Assembly (NCBI GenBank): GCA_965649825.1 | Contig: OZ287697.1 | Span: forward strand, 1,598,351 to 1,662,350 | Direction of reading: 5' to 3' | Source: Penicillus capitatus | Taxonomy: Eukaryota > Plantae > Chlorophyta | Length of the DNA: 64,000 nucleotides | Shown: piece by piece, positions 13,769 through 27,200 of the stretch | How the letters are laid out: each line of letters opens with the position of its first letter | Position numbering within the stretch: position 1 is the stretch's first letter | The notes under the pieces: generated by a model | What the model was told of the DNA's origin: nothing | Database searches by the model: none | The model's input: only the letters and a program-made list of their open reading frames with translations | Position numbers and translations under genes: made by a program

Positions 13769-14694
13769 CCATGGGGTACAATCTGGCGAGGAAGAACCAG
13801 ATTTCGGATACCAAGGCACTATCGGTACCGTTTGCTTCGGTGGCTCCGTGGTGCTGAGAGGATGGATGGCTTGCGGCCATTATTTGTAGATGGGTAATTC
13901 TGCATCATTAGCTAATCACAGAAATCATTGCGCAGCGTGCAGAGGTCAAAAAAAGAGTGTCCAATTCGATGATGTCGTGAGACAACGTTAAGCAGCTGAA
14001 GATTCTGAAGCTCATCCAGAAGCAATGACAGCAGAAATCGTCGACGGCGAAAACCGTTTGACCAAGTCCATGTCACAGTGAATGTGCAGAAGAAGGCCAA
14101 TCGCTTCTGGGCATGGCTTATACATCTCGGAGGAGAACACTGTGATAGTCGCAATCAGATACAGTCTACCAGATTCCACAAGTCTCTTCTGGCGTCGGAA
14201 GCCACCGCTGGTCCTTAACCCCATAAGATTTACACTTTGAGACGGCAATGGCTATTGCTGCAGTAGTGTTCAAGGCCTGTCAGGACGTGAATTCTGTCGC
14301 TGAATACCGCTTATACTCATCTGGCTTCATCAACATCTCCGGCGTGCCAGTGTCATGATCACGACAGGAATCTGTTCTCCCGTCAGATGTTGGCAGGCTT
14401 TTGTTCTGAACACAATGTCTATGACCAGAGGAGAAACATTTCACATCCCACACACCCACACTGTCGCAGCATCATCCAGATAACTCACTAACTACTCAGC
14501 AGTATTGAAGTTGTCGTACAAAAAGAAGATACATCGAATCAGTCGCGATCAACTGATTTACGTCACCGATGGGAACCTCCGCTTCATTTTCTCCATCACG
14601 AACTTTGGTGCGAACTTGTGCGACGGTAGGCAAGTTCGCGCGTTACGCTGCGCTGCAAGTGACGAGATTTTGCTGTGCAGATTACAGCTACGAC

Positions 14695-17600
14695 ATGCAA
14701 GTTCGGGCTCCAGATGAAGGACCCAGCCGCGGCAGTCCATCCGCATCGAGAATCAGCCGTCGAACCGTTATCGAGCAGCAAGCTATTGAAGAACGTTACG
14801 ACCCTAAGCTTCTGCGTTTTGTCGCACGCAAGCACAACATTAGTAGCACTAAGTCACTGGTGGCGGCTTACAACGTGACGACAGACGAAAACGAACGTGC
14901 TGTTCTGCTTGGATGGCTGTGCAAGTATCATAAACGAAAGGCAGATTGTCTTGAGCCGAATGCTGTCCTTGAGTATGCGGAATTGGCCAACATCGCCCCC
15001 CGTTCCATAAGCGAGAAAGATATTTTGAAGGATCTGATCCGCGACCTTACCTCTTGCATCTGTGAAGGAAACTTCCTAACACCGAACAATGCCGTTGCCC
15101 TTTACAGAGCACTTGTGAATATCGTTCCTTCGGCTTACGGTGGCACTGCACAACTAATGGCGACAGCGAGGAAACTCATGGGCAGCCTCACTGAAGAACT
15201 GAAGCTTACGAGGGAAATCTTTGCGGATCACGAAACGGCTTTTCTTGCATTGCATCAGACCTTTTTCTTGCTTCGTTGTGCCAATCAAGCCCCGATAGAC
15301 GAAGAAGAGAAACAAGAGTTGCGCAGAACCATCGCAGCGAAAGAGAGAACCATGAAACTCTCGTGCAAGCACTACCCTGTGAACTTCCATTTCAAAGCGC
15401 TTCGTCAGGCGGTAGAACGCCTCAAAGACGAAGACGCTACTTCGCAAATTGCACAAACAAAGCGATATCTCTTGTGCGGATTGTGTGGATTTATGGACGT
15501 ATTACATTTTCTCAGAAATTTGACAAGGTGTGATATCGATCCGGCGGACGTTTTAGATGCATACGAAAGAAATCAAGCTGCCATCGACAATATGGGAGTG
15601 ACGGAAAGACCGTGGTTTGACTCGTTTCGAAGATTAATGGCAAAAAGATTAGAAACGTCGAAAGATAAAACGAAGCTTAGGTTTTTCATGTCCGAGTTCG
15701 ATACTGCAATACATTCGCAGTACGAAATGACAAAAGGAGAAGACTTACAGTCGTTGAGATTTGGCATCATCCAAGAGACGAGGCTGCTGGCGAGTCAGAC
15801 GACTTGCGAAACTGTACGTAAAGAGGTCACGAAGAAGCTACTGATGCTTTCGACAAGGCGTACAATCTTCGAAGAGTGGTTTGAAGATGCAGATATCTTT
15901 ACAGCGTTTCTCGATGCTTTGCACGAAATCCACACAATGAGTGATCACAATCAAGAAACAGCCGAAGCGTTCAGGAACATGCAACAGTTTTGTGACCGTC
16001 ATGCCAAAAGGACGTTGAGAGCATGGCTAGGTGGAAAAGCCATGGAAGAAAAACTTCAAATTGGAAAAAAAACAAGAAGCATATGAAATGCGCAAGCGGG
16101 TTTTTGTAGCGATTGGTAGGGATGTTGGATACGTCCCATTGACAACAATTCATTCTAACATCACTGATCTCAAGGAAAGATACAAGGACGACAAATTCGC
16201 CAAAGTAAGCACTTGTTATAATAGTGATTCGACAAAACTGAGACCATTTCTTTTCAAAGGTACCTTCTTTGTTCGAAGAAAGAGTCGGAACTCACGTAAG
16301 AGAAATGGAGCATCATATCGTCTTATACGATGAAATTGTCGAATGGAAAGCTACCGAAGCAAGAGAAAAACGAGTAAAAAGTACACAAGGAGAAGGCAGC
16401 AAAGTAGAAGATTCCGCAACCCAAGAGAGGGATCATCTAAAAGAGTATTACGAACAGAAGAAAAAGGTTACAAAACCCGTTTCTCTAGAAGAATTCTTTA
16501 AACCGAGATCTTTGAAACCGGGTGATCCAAAGAACGAAATCAGAAGAGTCCTTCTCTGTGGAAATGCCGGCTCCGGAAAAACGTGCATCAGCAAAGTCAT
16601 TGCGCATAAGTGGGCATTGGGAGAAATCATGCGAGAGTTCGAAGTAGTTTATGTTATTCCCATCAGATATGCCAACATCGCAAAATCCAAAGATCTCCAA
16701 GGAGTAACATTGAAGGACGTGGTTGCACAAGTGTGCTTCGAGAAGGAAAGCGCTGGGGAGTACGAAGATCTATTAACTCAAGTGGAAGGCGACCTTGATT
16801 CGCCTTTTACGTTGTTGGTGTTTGACGGATTGGATGAAGCTAGTGAACACACAAGAGAGCTCGTTCACAAAGCTGCGAAGCATTCATGCCGATTGATCAT
16901 ATTGACACGATCGTATAATCTGCAACTGATACGAATGAGTGTGGATCTTGAGCTCGAGTGCCTTGGATTCAATGATCAACAGCTGAAAAACTACATAAGG
17001 AAAGAACTGCTCGAGGATGAAGCCTCGAGACTAATCAATTCTTTACAAGAAAATCGAGGTTTGTGGGAAACCGCACACACTCCGGTGATAGCGCACATTC
17101 TCTGTTCTTTGTCGAAAGAACGTAGTACCGGCATAGAAGCTCAAATAAAGAGGACGAGCACGTTCCAAATTTACAGAGATATGACGTCTTTTCTATGGAA
17201 GAGATTCAAGGATAAGCCCAGAGCGACAGAAGCGAACAAGGATGTTGTTTTCGGCGATCTGGAAAAGATTGCTTTCGTCGCACTTCAGAATGAAAAAACA
17301 CTAATCGAAGAAAGTATCGTTGAAAACCAAACAACGTCCACAAACACGACAGCAATTTTCAAGGAAAGTGGATTCCTTCTATTTGTTTTAAAGGAACAGC
17401 GGTATCAGTTTCCGCATTTCACTTTTCAAGAATATTTTGCCGGTAGATTTATTGCTAAAGGCTTTGAAAGTAAAGGATCTAATGAAGAAAAGAAAGCACT
17501 GGAGTTCATTCAAGAAGAAAAGTATAATCAGAAGCATGACTTAACAATGTACTTCGCCATGCACACATTTGCAGAAGGCCGAAAGAAAGATGCCTTGCAA

Positions 17601-20600
17601 GATATGCTCTCGGTTATTAACGACCAGCCTGTTGAAGTTCTTGGAGTACAACACTTTTTTTTGAAGATGCGAGTTCTCGAGGCAATCCTACAAGAGACAG
17701 ATGAAAAAGATATGGATGACCTATTACACGATAAACAAGCAATCAAACTCGCGGAAGGTGCTCAGCAACTGCTCGAGCGCACTATCGACGATGTTCTAAT
17801 TCGGGAAATCGTGAGTGAAAAGTTCCAATATTTGTCTTGCGTTATGGAAAGATTTCCTCAAGTTCTCGAACAGACGATTGACAACGCAAAGAAAAGGCTC
17901 GCACGCGAACAAAACCTGAGATGGGCGGACATCGCAAGAATCGCAGATGTTCTAAAGCTTGAAAAACACGCTCAGAAACAGAGTTATGGAACAAGTCAAT
18001 TTATCTCGCAGATAGTAAGAGAAGCCGGTAACTGGTGCAATCCAATGGAGAGCATAACGAGGTTTGACTTTATTGCCGAACAAATGCCACAGCACGCGGG
18101 TGAACTTTTGCCAGCGATGGTGAGCAGATGCACTGACGAAATCTGGGAGGTTCGTCAAGCGGCGATGGAGGCCATTGGTCGCGTCGTTGCGGCGGGGACG
18201 CTGCACGACGGTGACCATATGACGGCGCTGGTTAAAGGTTGCACTGACGAACCCTGGGAGGTGCGTCAGGCGGCAATGAAGGCCATTAGCCTCGTAGTCG
18301 CAGCAAGGTCGGAGAATGCACACGAACTTTTGGGGACGCTAATAGAAAAATGCACCGATGAAGACCCGAGAGTACGTCAGGCGATGATGGAGGCTATCGA
18401 CCATGTGGTAGTCGAAGGGCTTCAACAAGCTAGCAACCTTTTAAACACATTGAAGAGCATATGCAACGATAAAGACTGGAAAGTGCGTCGGGTGACGATG
18501 GAGGCTATTGGCCGTGTCGTCGCTGCAAAGCCCGAGCATGTTCATGACTTCCTGTCGACGCTTGAAGAAGGATGCAATGACAAAGACTTCATTGTGCGTC
18601 AGGAAGCGATAGAAATAATCGGTCGCGTTATACCGGGAATACCGCAGGTTGGCTGCGGCGTTCTGCTGACGCTTGCAAACAAGTGCACTGACGACATCTG
18701 GGAGGTTCGTCAAGCGGCGATGGAGGCCATTGGTCGCGTCGTTGCGGCGGGGACGCTGCACGACGGTGACCATATGACGGCGCTGGTTAAAGGTTGCACT
18801 GACAAAACCTGGGAGGTGCGTCAGGCGGCAATGAAGGCCATTAGCCTCGTAGTCGCAGCAAGGTCGGAGCACGCACACGGACTTTTGGAGACGCTAGCGA
18901 TGGGTTGCATTGACAAAGATTGGAGAGTGCGTCGGACGTCAATTGAAACCGTCGACCGTGTCATCACGGCGAAGCCACGACACGCGGGTGATCTTTTGCT
19001 GATGCTGACGAGAGGATGCTCCGACAAAGATTGGAGAGTGCGTGAGGCGGCGATGAAAGCAGTCGAAAATGTCGTTGCGGTGGGGCCTCAGCACATTGAA
19101 GATTTTTGGCCAAGATTGATCGGAGAGTGCGACGACAACTGGAGAGTGCGTCGGGGGATGATGGATGTTATAGCCCGTATCGTTGAGGCGGTGCCACATC
19201 ACATTAGCGACATCCTGTTTACGCTAACGAATGGCTGCAGTGACGAAATCTGGGAGGTGCGTCAAGCGGCGGTAAAAGCTATCGGCTGTGTCATCGCGAA
19301 TGACGCACATCCCACAAACGACATTGTACAGGCGCTTGAAAGATTGTGCACTGACAAATTTTGGAGAGTGCGTCAGGAGATGATACATACTATTGTCCTC
19401 TGCGTCACGGCGGCCCCGCAGTATGCTGCCAACCTTCTACCAATTTTAGAAAAGATGTGCAGCGATGAAGACGTGGACGTGCGCCGCGTTGCCATAGGGG
19501 CTATCGACCAGTACGTCATGGCAGCACCGCAGCATGCCGTCGAGCTTTTGCGCATTCTCGCGACAGGGTGCAGTGACCAAGTACCTGATATGCGTAAGGC
19601 GGCCATAGAGGCTATCGGCCGATGCGCTGCAGCGGCACTGGAGCACGTCGCCGACCTTATGCTGATCCTGACGACCAATTGTGACGACAAAGAATCGGAC
19701 GTGCGTCTAGCGACGTTTAAGACCCTCGTCCGTGTCGTCGAGGCTGAGCCGCAGCACACAGGCGACCTTGTTTCAACGCTGGCAAAGGGATGCGTCGATG
19801 AGGATTTGAGAGTGCGCCAGACGTCAAGGGAAGCTGTCGACCACGTCATCACGATTAGGCCGCAGCACACAGGCGACCTAGTTTCAACGCTGGTGATGAA
19901 GGTGTGGTACAGCGATACAGATTGGAGAATGCGTCGGGAGGCGATGACTACTATCGGCCGCGTCGTCATGGCCAGACCTCTGGATACGCTTGGCATTTTT
20001 CTGACGTTGGCGAGTTGGAGCAAAGACGAAGATCCGATCGTGCGTCGAGTGGCGTTGGGTGCCATCCGGTCCGTCGTCGTAGTGGAACCGCAGCACGATG
20101 CCGATTTTCTTCTTTCGCTACTGACGGAAAGGTGTTACGACAATAACCCAGACGTTCGTCAAGCGGCGTTGGAGGTCATTGACCAGGTCGTCCCGGAATC
20201 GCCACAGTTCGCCAAAAATCTTTTGTCGACCCTGGCGATCGTGTCCGACGACAATGATTCAAACATCCGTCGAGCGGCGTTTGAGGTCATTGACCGGGTC
20301 GTCACAACAACGCAACAGTTTGCCGGCGACTTGACGACGCTGGCAAGAGGATGCATCGACGAAGACTTTGATGTACGTAATCATGCAAGAAATGCATTGA
20401 ACAGCATAAAACCCGGAAAGATTGTCGTTTTGGCGATGTCCATTTTCCCAGAGTATAAGCTTGACCTTTTGTTCCTTTTTGTGCAGCACCCATATACGTT
20501 TGACCCGCGTAAAAAAAATGAAACAGATCCAGTTCCATTTGTCTTGCATACGACTTCTTCCCAAAAAGTTGGAAGGTGGAGAAAGGCCGATACTGACCAA

Positions 20601-20675
20601 TATGTCGGGTTTCTAAGACAAGAGTTTGACGAGAAGTTTCCCGGATTACTAGATCATCTTGAAACAAAAGAGTAG
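14695..20675 (+). CDS. NLR-like protein: N-terminal helical domain, NACHT NTPase and 21 HEAT repeats; +1 frameshift in an A8 run as given
   Basis: Walker A GNAGSGKT (16560-16583), Walker B LLVFDGLDEA, NACHT motif FPHFTFQEYFAG. 37-aa HEAT repeats of type GCxD..W.VR.AA..AIG. Phase-0 intron 16205-16259. ORFs 14569-16086, 16031-16333 and 16269-20675 become colinear with the paralog at 24276-29364 if one A is removed from 16065-16072. Confidence 0.9.
18120..20400 (+). repeat. Array of 21 HEAT repeats (111-bp period) in NACHT-HEAT gene 1
   Basis: Counted 21 C.D....VR motifs at ~37-aa spacing. The segment starting 18129 is nearly identical to the one starting 18684 (offset 555 = 5 x 111). Confidence 0.88.
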
Positions 20676-22865
20676 ATTGGAAGCACAAGTTTGTTTTTTT
20701 TTCGTTCGTTAAAGCAAACTGGTGAATACGATAAAGTATTCTATGGTTTGATTGGAAGGTGTTTTAAAAAAATCTCCATCAAGTCAACATCAAACTACTT
20801 GTTCTCTCTATGCCAGTTTCTAAAAGAGTCATGAAGGTATAATGGGTTTGTTGTCGCTTGTTGTATGAATTCGAGCCGAGATGGAAAATTTACTTGGTGT
20901 GTCGTACATGTGCCTGTTGTACTCGAACAAACTATACAATATGAGGAAACATTAACTTGTGGTCGCGACGAAGGTGTGTCCAAATTACACAAGGATTCGA
21001 TATCAATAATATGCAACTGAGTAACGTTAGAGTGAGGCCATCTTCGCCTCATATGTTAGAAGTGTCCGTCATTCATCCACATTCAGAATACTATTGAAAC
21101 TGGAAACTCGACGAAAAAATTTCTACCAAATCGTTGTTGCTTTATTATTCATTGTTCACTCATCGCGTGGAAGCATGGTGTGTTGTTTACTTAGTGTATA
21201 TGCATCAGATATCATACGCATTCCTACCATTTATTAACCGCAAACCCCAATGTGACAAGTGCGATTTTCACAGAATATGCGTCAGCGTTCGATCTAAAAA
21301 AGTAGTCCGGGTCTTCTGCGTGCCAGTCTAACAAATTTGTAAGGAATCTTAATGGTATATATGTCCATGAATCCGTTTCATCTATATTCCACACTAGACG
21401 TCTAAAATGCGTTTAACTTCGACTCATCCAAAACGCCGACAATACCGACTATTGCGCAAGAACGGACGAGGTGTGTTTCGATTGTCTTCTTATACTCTCC
21501 AAATCCGTCTGTCGCTTATTTCGAATATGCATGCATCCTCAAAACTGCAAAGAACACTGTGCAAACAAAAGAGCATTCGCCCTTATGCGACACCGTCAAC
21601 ATTAACACACCAGATCCAGAGAAAAAAATGAAGATGTTAAAATGCATGCCTTTGAACATACAACGTATACATCAATCATTCTGTAGTCAGCCCACGTTCA
21701 AGCAGTGCTGACGGTTGAAAATGATGGGGGTAACAACCACACTTAAAGGATTAATGTCAGTGGTCTCCGATTTCTATTTAACTACAGAAGCATTAGTTTT
21801 AGAAGGTGCGGCCAGAAACGACTCGTTAGTCTGCAGCTACAAGAGCAACAGCCGAGAAGCGTCATCACAAATCGTCACAGAATGGGCTACGGTTGCACTG
21901 GCGGGGAGATCTATAGTAAAGACCTTCTCAATCAAGAAGAAACAGAAGTCAAGAGGAGTAGGAAAAAATGTCGTACACGACTGTTTGATTGACATTCCCA
22001 AAATAGTGATCGTCCTGTCGTAGGGGACAGCTGTTAGCTTCGCTGTTGTACCATCTGGACAGCTGTCCCCTTCTGGGTCACATCAACACCTAGATACTTA
22101 TACGCCCCTTGTATGGAACTCTGCCTCGTTTGTAACCCATTCAGTGTTTATGGCAACCTACCTCGACGCCTCCATTATTTCATAATTCCACGTCTCTCTC
22201 TACAGTAGTATGACGATAATGAAACACTTTAAGCACACGCCGCCACTAAACATAAGTGCTATCAATGCCAAAGGTGCGGTTAATGAAGACAACGCATTGA
22301 TTGGTATAAAGACTTTGACGCGTGTTTCTGCCTTTTGCATGTATTTTCAACTCAGAGGGCTACAACGCGGAAACTAGGACAATATGTCTCGTGCTCGCAA
22401 ACGACAAAATTCCCAACCTTTCGGCGCCTGCTTGGGCGAGGTTGGAGATGAAGACACGTAAAAACACTTTACGAATACAACAATTCCTCGATCTGCGGAG
22501 CCAGAACCTTTCAGCATCGTTATTTCGACTTCGGATCTGAACAATCTGAAGTGTGTCGTAGCCATTCAGGTTCTACGAAATGTTAAAGGAGATTGAAGCC
22601 AAACCACTACCGCGTTCTCATTATTCATAACCAAAGCTTGAAAAAAATAGAGCAGTATCCGCAGAGACAGTGTTTCTAATTAGGTAGGGCTTGTATTGCA
22701 CTGGTGCGATTCGGCAAAGCACCTGTCGACGCCCAGCACGTAGACTCCGGCTTCGAGGTTGGCTTCACCTCGGACGGTCTTCAATCAATCCATCCCAAGA
22801 AGAATGTTGACGATAGCAGAAGACTCGTCCGACAGAGTTCATGACATGCGGTACTCGTATACAAC

Positions 22866-23256
22866 CTTCTAATCATCGGGGAGGGAGGGACTTCTAATCA
22901 TCGGGGAGGGAGGGACTTCTAATCATCGGGGAGGGAGGGACTTCTAATCATCGGGGAGGGAGGGACTTCTAATCATCGGGGAGGGAGGGACTTCTAATCA
23001 TCGGGGAGGGAGGGACTTCTAATCATCGGGGAGGGAGGGACTTCTAATCATCGGGGAGGGAGGGACTTCTAATCATCGGGGAGGGAGGGACTTCTAATCA
23101 TCGGGGAGGGAGGGACTTCTAATCATCGGGGAGGGAGGGACTTCTAATCATCGGGGAGGGAGGGACTTCTAATCATCGGGGAGGGAGGGACTTCTAATCA
23201 TCGGGGAGGGAGGGACTTCTAATCATCGGGGAGGGAGGGACTTCTAATCATCGGGG
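22866..23256 (+). repeat. Perfect 25-bp minisatellite (CTTCTAATCATCGGGGAGGGAGGGA) x15.6
   Basis: 15 exact copies 22866-23240 plus a 16-nt partial copy. No spacers, so not a CRISPR array. Confidence 0.97.
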
Positions 23257-24275
23257 GGCTTCTATTTCGGGACAGTTGGGAATTAAGCGTAAAAAACCCG
23301 TCCCTGTCTTCTAATCGGATTAAGCTACAAATAAAGAGAACATGGTAGTGCCACAATCGATTGAAAAGCAGTTTAGATGACCTTTGAAAACTAATATACA
23401 GACACGAATGTATTCTGATAGTAGAAGACGGAATATTGGGGTTTCAGACTCGAAAGAAGTCGGTTCCTTCCATTTTCTTCTTATTCAGGAAAGATATTAG
23501 TTGCATGGTGTAAGGACGAGACTCATGATAACGTTGTCTCATGAACAGGATGTTATGTAATGATGATTGCAGTTTACTTATTGGATTTGCTGGTTCCCTT
23601 CTTGGTAACCATTGCCTACAAATGGGAATTAATTCTAAAAGGTTCTGTTGGGACCGATAGGGTCGGCGATTGGTCCGAGCGCGTCGAGGCCGCGATGCGA
23701 GGAGAGTCGGACGGGTATTCTTTACAGGTGCTCAGTACGTTGTTTTATAGGTAAACGTCCTGTCATTCGACAGTGACGTTTCCTGATCCAACAGTTCAAT
23801 TGTGATGAAATTAGGTTGGTCGTTGAGGTCCATTTTTAGCTGTTCGCACCTTCTTAGAGTCGATGATGCCTAGGCGTTTTTACGCTGCATCAGTTCCTTC
23901 CGACGTGCCCAAAAGTGACGGCTTGGTTTATGTGTCCTAGATAGGGACGGACTACGGTTTTGCTGGTCCGCATTAAATCCGCGGTATGAATGACACATCA
24001 AACAAGGCACCCATCTCTGTTTAAATTCAGTTCGACTAGATTCAATCCCGTAGTGACACATGCCAAACGAGGCATTCATTCACCTTGATTTAATTCGCAG
24101 GACACGGGATGGCAAGGTAAGTGTTGTTAAACCTTTTCAACAAGCCAACACAAAAACGAACAACAGCAAGCGACGATGAGACTAGTGTAAGACAGAGTTA
24201 GGTTAATGAAGGTAAAGTGTGGATCGAATCCACACACATCTTGAATTGTGCAAATGCCAAATGAATGTGTTTCAT

Positions 24276-27200
24276 CTATTCAACTTCAGTGTTGAAATGC
24301 TCAAGCAACCCGGGAAAGTTATCTTCAAACTCCCTTTTAAGAGATTTAATGTACTCGTCGATGACAGCCTTGTCCGATGTCCAGATTTTCTGAGATGATG
24401 TTGTGTGCAAGACAAAGAACGCTTCGTTCCCCGTAGTCGGGCGATCCAGAGTAATTGGATATCTCACAAAGATCAATGCATGACCCTTTTCATGTTCACG
24501 GAGGAACTGCATTGTGACAAAAATGACCTTTTTGGGTTCTAAGCCGTCCAGTATTTTCCTTGCGATGTCGCACACCTTGAAGTCCGCGTCGCTGCACCTT
24601 CTTGCAACCATTGCCAATAGTTTATCCGCAAGTTGAGGCATCTTTTCGATAACCTCTCCGATAGCCTCTATCACATTCGTGCGAACGCGAACGTCGATGT
24701 CGGCGCTCAAAGTCTCTAGCATCCGTGACATATTTTCTGCGTGGGGCTTTGATACGCCAATGATTATCCCAACGGCCCCGATCACATTCTTACGGACCTG
24801 GACGTCCGTGTCAGCGCTATGTGTCTCTAGCAATGGCACCAATTCGTCCACAAGGTCTGGTGCTGCATATGCGATCATCCCGACGGCCTCCAACGCGCTC
24901 CTACGCACTTCGGGTTCGTCTCTTTCACATCCCGTCATGACCATTGGCAACAATGCACGCGCGCGGAATGGGAATGCTTTCACGACTTTGCCGATAGCCT
25001 CCATCGCATTCGCACGAACCCAAGTGTTATCTTCTATCCACCCATCATTCAACATCGACAACAGGAGGTCGACGAGATGCGGCAAGGCCCAAACAACTTT
25101 CCCGATAGTGTTCATCGCATTTGCACGAACCAAGTATTGTTCGTGGGCGCACGCTCGTTTCAACGTGTCGAGTAACACAGTCACGAGGTCTGACGACTTC
25201 TCGATGACCGCTCCAATAGTATCCACAGCACTCTTGGACACTTCAGGGTCATTATCCAGGCACCCTTCTTTAAGCATCTTGAGGAGGTCGTCTTTGCCGA
25301 GGCGTGGCGATCCACCGATAATCGTCCCGATTGCCTCCATCGCATTTTTGCGCACGTCGGTGTCTTTGTCTTTGTATCCTTTCTCAACCATCGGCACAAA
25401 CTTCTCGGCGATGTGCGGCGACCCACTGAAGTCGAGCGCCTTAATGGATTCCATGACATTCGTTCGGACCCAGTAGTGTTCATCACTGCATCCTTTCTCC
25501 AACAGCGATAGCAGTTCGTCTTCGGGGTTGGTCGATGTCCCGGTCACTTTCGCGATAGTCTTCATTGCACTCACGCGCACCTGATGATTCCCATCGTTGC
25601 AACCTTTCTTCAGTAGCAGCAGCACTTTATCAACTAACTGCGGCAGCGCCTCTGTGATTCCTGCAATTGCATCCATTATGTTCCTGCGTACTCGTTGGCT
25701 TTCGTCGTCATACAACGTTTCCAACATCGGAATCAAGTCAGCCACAAGGTGTGGTGCCTCCTTGACGAATCGTCCGATGGCCTCCGGCAGAGCTTTACGA
25801 ACTTGAAGACTCTTGTCGTTGCTACCCTTCATCAACATAGGCAACAAGCTGTTTGCAAGGTGAGGCGCCACTCTGGCAAGCTTCCCGATGCACACCATTG
25901 CACTCTCGCGCACATTAGCGTGTACGTCATCGCATCCTTTTTTGAGCACCGGCACCAACTTCCCCGCGACGTATGGCGCCTCTTCCGCGACAAGCCCCAA
26001 CCTCCAGATAATGTCTTTTGCAGAGTCCCTATCTTCGACTTTGTTCATCTCGCGCGACAAATCTTGAACGATGTCGTTAATGTGTGTATCCGAGTGCTTT
26101 GCGAGCTTCAACACGTACTGGATTCTGCTGGTGTCATTTTCTTGCAAGCTTTTATCGCTCACTAATTCTTCCTTCGTTTCCTCTACTGTGTCCTTGAGGA
26201 TTTTAGGAAAGTATTCCAAAACGCGAAAGCACCGTTCAAGGTTCTCGACCACAATTTCGCGAATTGCGGCATTGTCGACGGTGCTCTTTACGAGATGGCG
26301 AGCACCTTCGGCGATCTTATTTGCTTTCTCGTCTCTAAGTAAAAGATCTAAAACGTCTCTTCCTCTCGCCTCTTCCAGAGTTGCCTCGAGCGCTCGCATT
26401 CTTAGGAAGAAGTGTTGCATCCCGAGAACCTCGACGGATTGACCATCGAAAATTGAGAGTATGTCGTGCAATGCATCGACGTCTTGGCCATCAGCTGCGA
26501 TTGCGTGCATTGTAAAAGACATCGTCAAAGCGTTCTTCTCGTCATACTTTCCGCGGTCAATGAAGTCGCGGACTTTCTTTTCCTCATTTGGTACTTTTTC
26601 TCTTAAGCATCTTGCAACGTATCGTGCGGCAAAATACTCTTGGAAAGTCAAATGAGGAAATTGATACTCTTGACCTTCGAGCTTGAGCAAGAGGAATCCG
26701 CTGTTTTCGAAAAACGTCGGCGCATTTGTCGTTGTCGCATGATGTTGGACAATTCTCTCTTCGATGAGTATCTGTCCGGCACGAAGGGCCTCGTAAGCGA
26801 TCTTCTCAAGGTCATCGAAAAAGTCTTTCTTCTTTGCCTTGCCCGCTTCGGGTTTTTCTTCGAACCTCTTCCAAACGAAATCTGTCATGCCGTTGTACAT
26901 CTGATACATGCTTATTAGATTTCTTTGGCCTTGAGCGGCTGTTTTCTGGTGTTTTGCGAAGGAGCAGAGGATACAGGCCGTCACCGGAATACACGCCATT
27001 TCCCACAGGGCGCGATTTTGTTGCAACGACTCTATGAGCTTCGCAGCTTCATCCTTGAGCAATTCTCCGTTTATAAATTCCTCTAGCTGTCGGTCATTGA
27101 ATCCAATGCACTCCACTTTAAAGTCCATCCTCGTTTGAATCTCTCGCAAATTGTATGGCCGCGTCAGTACGAGAAGCTTGCACTGACGCTTCTCCGCCTC

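Noticed and set aside
22022-22071. 13-bp inverted repeat AGGGGACAGCTGT / ACAGCTGTCCCCT
   Set aside because: Short, with a 24-nt loop and no TSD or associated feature; not enough to call a MITE or terminator.
22866-23256. CRISPR array or telomere
   Set aside because: The repeats are contiguous with no spacers, no cas genes are present, the context is eukaryotic, and the unit is not a telomere-type motif at a chromosome end.
23820-23880. IS5-like transposase motif (GIIDSKKVRT, minus strand)
   Set aside because: Only ~10 residues match, they are flanked by stops, and the downstream IS5 motifs are absent; likely chance.
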